Shown piece after piece: positions 61,983 to 64,000 of a stretch of DNA of 64,000 bases. A program made the position numbers and the translations under genes. The stretch is from the NCBI GenBank assembly GCA_013695765.1, contig JACCZW010000062.1, positions 6,665 to 70,664 of the forward strand, read 5' to 3'. The notes beneath the pieces are model-generated. The model saw only the letters and a list, made by a program, of their open reading frames with translations. It was not told the DNA's origin and ran no database searches. Source of the stretch: Gammaproteobacteria bacterium (lineage in GTDB: Bacteria > Pseudomonadota > Gammaproteobacteria > JACCYU01). The number at the start of each line of letters is the position of its first letter. Position 1 is the first letter of the stretch.

Positions 61983-62727
61983 ATGAACCCGTTGGTTGCC
62001 GCATTTGAAGCCTATTTCCGCGTGATTGACGCCGATACGCCGGCGCTGCTGCGCGAAGTTTGCCGTCTTCGCTATCAGGTTTACTGCGAGGACACGCATC
62101 TGGCCGACGGGGAGTTGTTTCCCGAGCGCATTGAGAGCGATACATACAATAAGCGTGCGACTCATATACTTTTGCAGCATCATCCATCCGGCAACTTTGT
62201 CGGCACCATGCGCATTGTGTGCTGCCCGATCGCACTGACCCGCTCGGGCTGTTTCCTATTGAGGAACTCGCCCGTTTCGACACCCGGTTTCCAGGTGTGC
62301 CCGCGCCCCCCTCAGAGCCCATGTGGCGGAGATATCTCGTTTCGCGGTGTTACAACGATTTCCTCATCACAAGCCGCGACGTGTGGAGCGGACGCTTGAA
62401 TCCGAAATGGCAGATGACGGGAAGGCCAGCACCCGCCTGCGATTTCGCCACCCGATGCTCGCGCTGGTGTGTGGCCTTGTGCGTACGAGTGCACACAACG
62501 ACATCACTCACTGGTACGCGCTCATGACACCCAGCGTCCACCGCCTGTTAAGCCACTTTGGTCTGGAGCTGCAAGTCATTGGCCCGTCGTTTGAACATCA
62601 CGGCGAGCGGCGCCCTCATTTTGACAGTATCAGGAATGTAATGGATCGAGCACATCGCCAGCGGCGGGATGTATGGGAATTAGTTACGGACTACGGCAGG
62701 CTGTCGGTGGCGCCGTGCTTCCGATAA
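61983..62727 (+). pseudogene. PEP-CTERM/exosortase system-associated acyltransferase (TIGR03694-like GNAT N-acyl amino acid synthase), split across three frames
   Basis: N-terminus MNPLVAAFEAYFRVIDADTPALLREVCRLRYQVYC (family hallmark) in frame 0; LPDRTDPLGLFPIEELARFD...PSEP in frame 2; (V)AEISRFAV...HPMLAL...NDITHWYALMTP... in frame 1. The second switch coincides with a C6 run (cgcccccctc). Confidence 0.6.
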
Positions 62728-62787
62728 TGGAGTGCCGCCGCCTGCGGCAGAGTAACGCGTGTTTAAATGCTAAGCCGCGCGGCGTGA

Positions 62788-63558
62788 TCATTGCGAAACA
62801 ATGTCTATGATCGGGTCCGCCATCCGCATGCTGGTGAGCGCGACGCGCTGAATGCGGTCGCACAAGTCCAGCGCGATCGCCGCGGCTTCGCGCGCCGCAA
62901 TTTCCAGCTTGCGGTTGTCGATCATGTTGATTACCGGTACGACGGTCGCGTCATCCACGTCTTTGAGCGCGCCATCCGCGCTTGCCAGCAGGCGGGCTAC
63001 GTGCATGGGAGTAATCAGGTCGCCGGGACGAGCGCCGGTGATGGCGGTGATGTGAGCGACGCGATGTGCGATGCGTTCGGACAGTCGTTTGCCGACCGCG
63101 CGCGCGGATACTATCGGGATAACCGTGGCCGCGCTGGCCGGTATCACGGGCTCTTCCGGGCCAGGGGCCTTGATCAACCGTCCGCGCGCACCGTCGCACT
63201 TGACCAGAGTGACATCGAAATGAGCGGCGGCGTGGATATGCGTGATACGGGCAGCCGCAACGGCGCCCAGGCGCTCAGGTTTAACCATCGGCAAAGCGTA
63301 GGCGACCGTGCGCTCGCGGCGTGCCGATTCGATTACGGCCGGCGTGAGGCGGCTTTCCTCCGCGATTACACGAGCGCCTGTGAACGTGTCGGGAAACGGC
63401 GGTATAACGACCGTGGAAGTAATGCCTACGCGGCCCTCGTGTTCCGCCGCCAGCCGATACATTGTGCTCTTCTTACCGCCGGCACCGACGACACAGATGA
63501 TCCCGCGTGTCGCGCAAAGCGCCTCGACCAGATTGAAATGCGGCCGGTGTGGGATCAT
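62788..63558 (-). CDS. YqeC-like putative selenium-dependent molybdenum hydroxylase maturation protein (P-loop like)
   Basis: N-terminal ICVVGAGGKKSTMYRLA P-loop-like block and overall size/architecture of the YqeC family. Assignment from memory of the family pattern only. Confidence 0.5.
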   Translation of the reverse strand: MIPHRPHFNLVEALCATRGIICVVGAGGKKSTMYRLAAEHEGRVGITSTVVIPPFPDTFTGARVIAEESRLTPAVIESARRERTVAYALPMVKPERLGAVAAARITHIHAAAHFDVTLVKCDGARGRLIKAPGPEEPVIPASAATVIPIVSARAVGKRLSERIAHRVAHITAITGARPGDLITPMHVARLLASADGALKDVDDATVVPVINMIDNRKLEIAAREAAAIALDLCDRIQRVALTSMRMADPIIDIVSQ

Positions 63559-63634
63559 CCCGGTTTATGTTTCTTCGGTTCATGGGGTGCGCCAGGTCTT
63601 GATGACCATAAGCGTTTCCTCGGCACGGAATTGA

Positions 63635-64000
63635 CTAAACGCCGCGCGCCGGGCGCGCGGGTCTTGGCGGTGGCATCGCGTCGAACCGAATTGACTCGTG
63701 CCCGTTGAAGATCAGAAAGTGTTTGCCTTTGGCGCGCCCGATCATGATCACGCCCGTCTTGTGCGCCAGGTCCAGACCCATCCGCGTGATGCCGGAGCGC
63801 GACAGCAGCACCGGTATGCCCATCTGCGCGACCTTGATGACCATCTCGGAAGTCAGCCGCCCGGTGGTATAGAAAATCTTGTCGCCGCCGTCGATCCCGT
63901 CCAGCCACATCATGCCCGCGATCGCATCCACCGCGTTGTGGCGGCCAACATCCTCCACGAATTTCAGAATCCCGGTCTCCGAACAAAGCGCGCAACCGTG
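63635..64000 (-). CDS. fdhD: FdhD-family sulfurtransferase / formate dehydrogenase accessory protein, C-terminal part (N-terminus beyond the window edge)
   Basis: EDVGRHNAVDAIAGMMWLDG...TTGRLTSEMVIKVAQMGIPVLLSRSGITRMGLDLAHKTGVIMIGRAKG matches the FdhD C-terminal consensus (EDVGRHNA.DK..G......TSGR.S.EMV.K.A..GIP...S.SAPT). Confidence 0.65.
   Translation of the reverse strand, partial: HGCALCSETGILKFVEDVGRHNAVDAIAGMMWLDGIDGGDKIFYTTGRLTSEMVIKVAQMGIPVLLSRSGITRMGLDLAHKTGVIMIGRAKGKHFLIFNGHESIRFDAMPPPRPARPARGV

Overview
This window is a high-GC (about 63-66%) gammaproteobacterial chromosomal segment. Most of it is conserved housekeeping gene blocks whose order matches Pseudomonas/Xanthomonas-type genomes: erpA; ndk-rlmN-pilF-rodZ-hisS-yfgM-bamB-der; queF; smc-zipA-ligA; ppa ... 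hppA; yciI-yciB / yciO-trpS-scpA-scpB-rluB / yciK; rmuC-gph-ubiG-mtaD; mtnA; gyrA-serC-(serA-like)-pheA-hisC-tyrA-aroA-cmk-rpsA-ihfB-lapB-galU. I saw no rRNA, tRNA, CRISPR array, transposase or integrase.

Three short low-GC insertions (about 48-55% GC) interrupt this backbone:
- 14.5-16.7 kb: an AlkB-family dioxygenase, a degraded remnant of cysZ, and a sulfotransferase, sitting directly beside an intact cysZ sulfate transporter.
- 25.3-26.8 kb, wedged between the soluble and the membrane H+-pumping pyrophosphatase genes: a GIY-YIG-like nuclease-domain gene broken at an A9 tract, plus a DUF433/DUF5615 toxin-antitoxin pair with a frameshifted toxin.
- 37.1-38.0 kb: a second sulfotransferase, of a different family, inserted as a single gene between yciK and rmuC.

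The right end (60.2-64.0 kb) is accessory-looking: a methyltransferase, a bactofilin, a PEP-CTERM/exosortase-associated acyltransferase split across three reading frames, and the start of a YqeC/FdhD-type molybdenum-hydroxylase cofactor-maturation cluster that runs off the window.

At least six genes (rodZ, a LamG-SGNH hydrolase, the GIY-YIG gene, the DUF5615 toxin, a YeaQ/YmgE-family gene and the PEP-CTERM acyltransferase) carry 1-nt-scale frameshifts, mostly at homopolymer runs. Roughly 45 kb of core genes have none, so this is either genuine decay of accessory genes or coverage-dependent assembly error. Refined start coordinates were derived by eye from ORF offsets and may be off by a few nucleotides.
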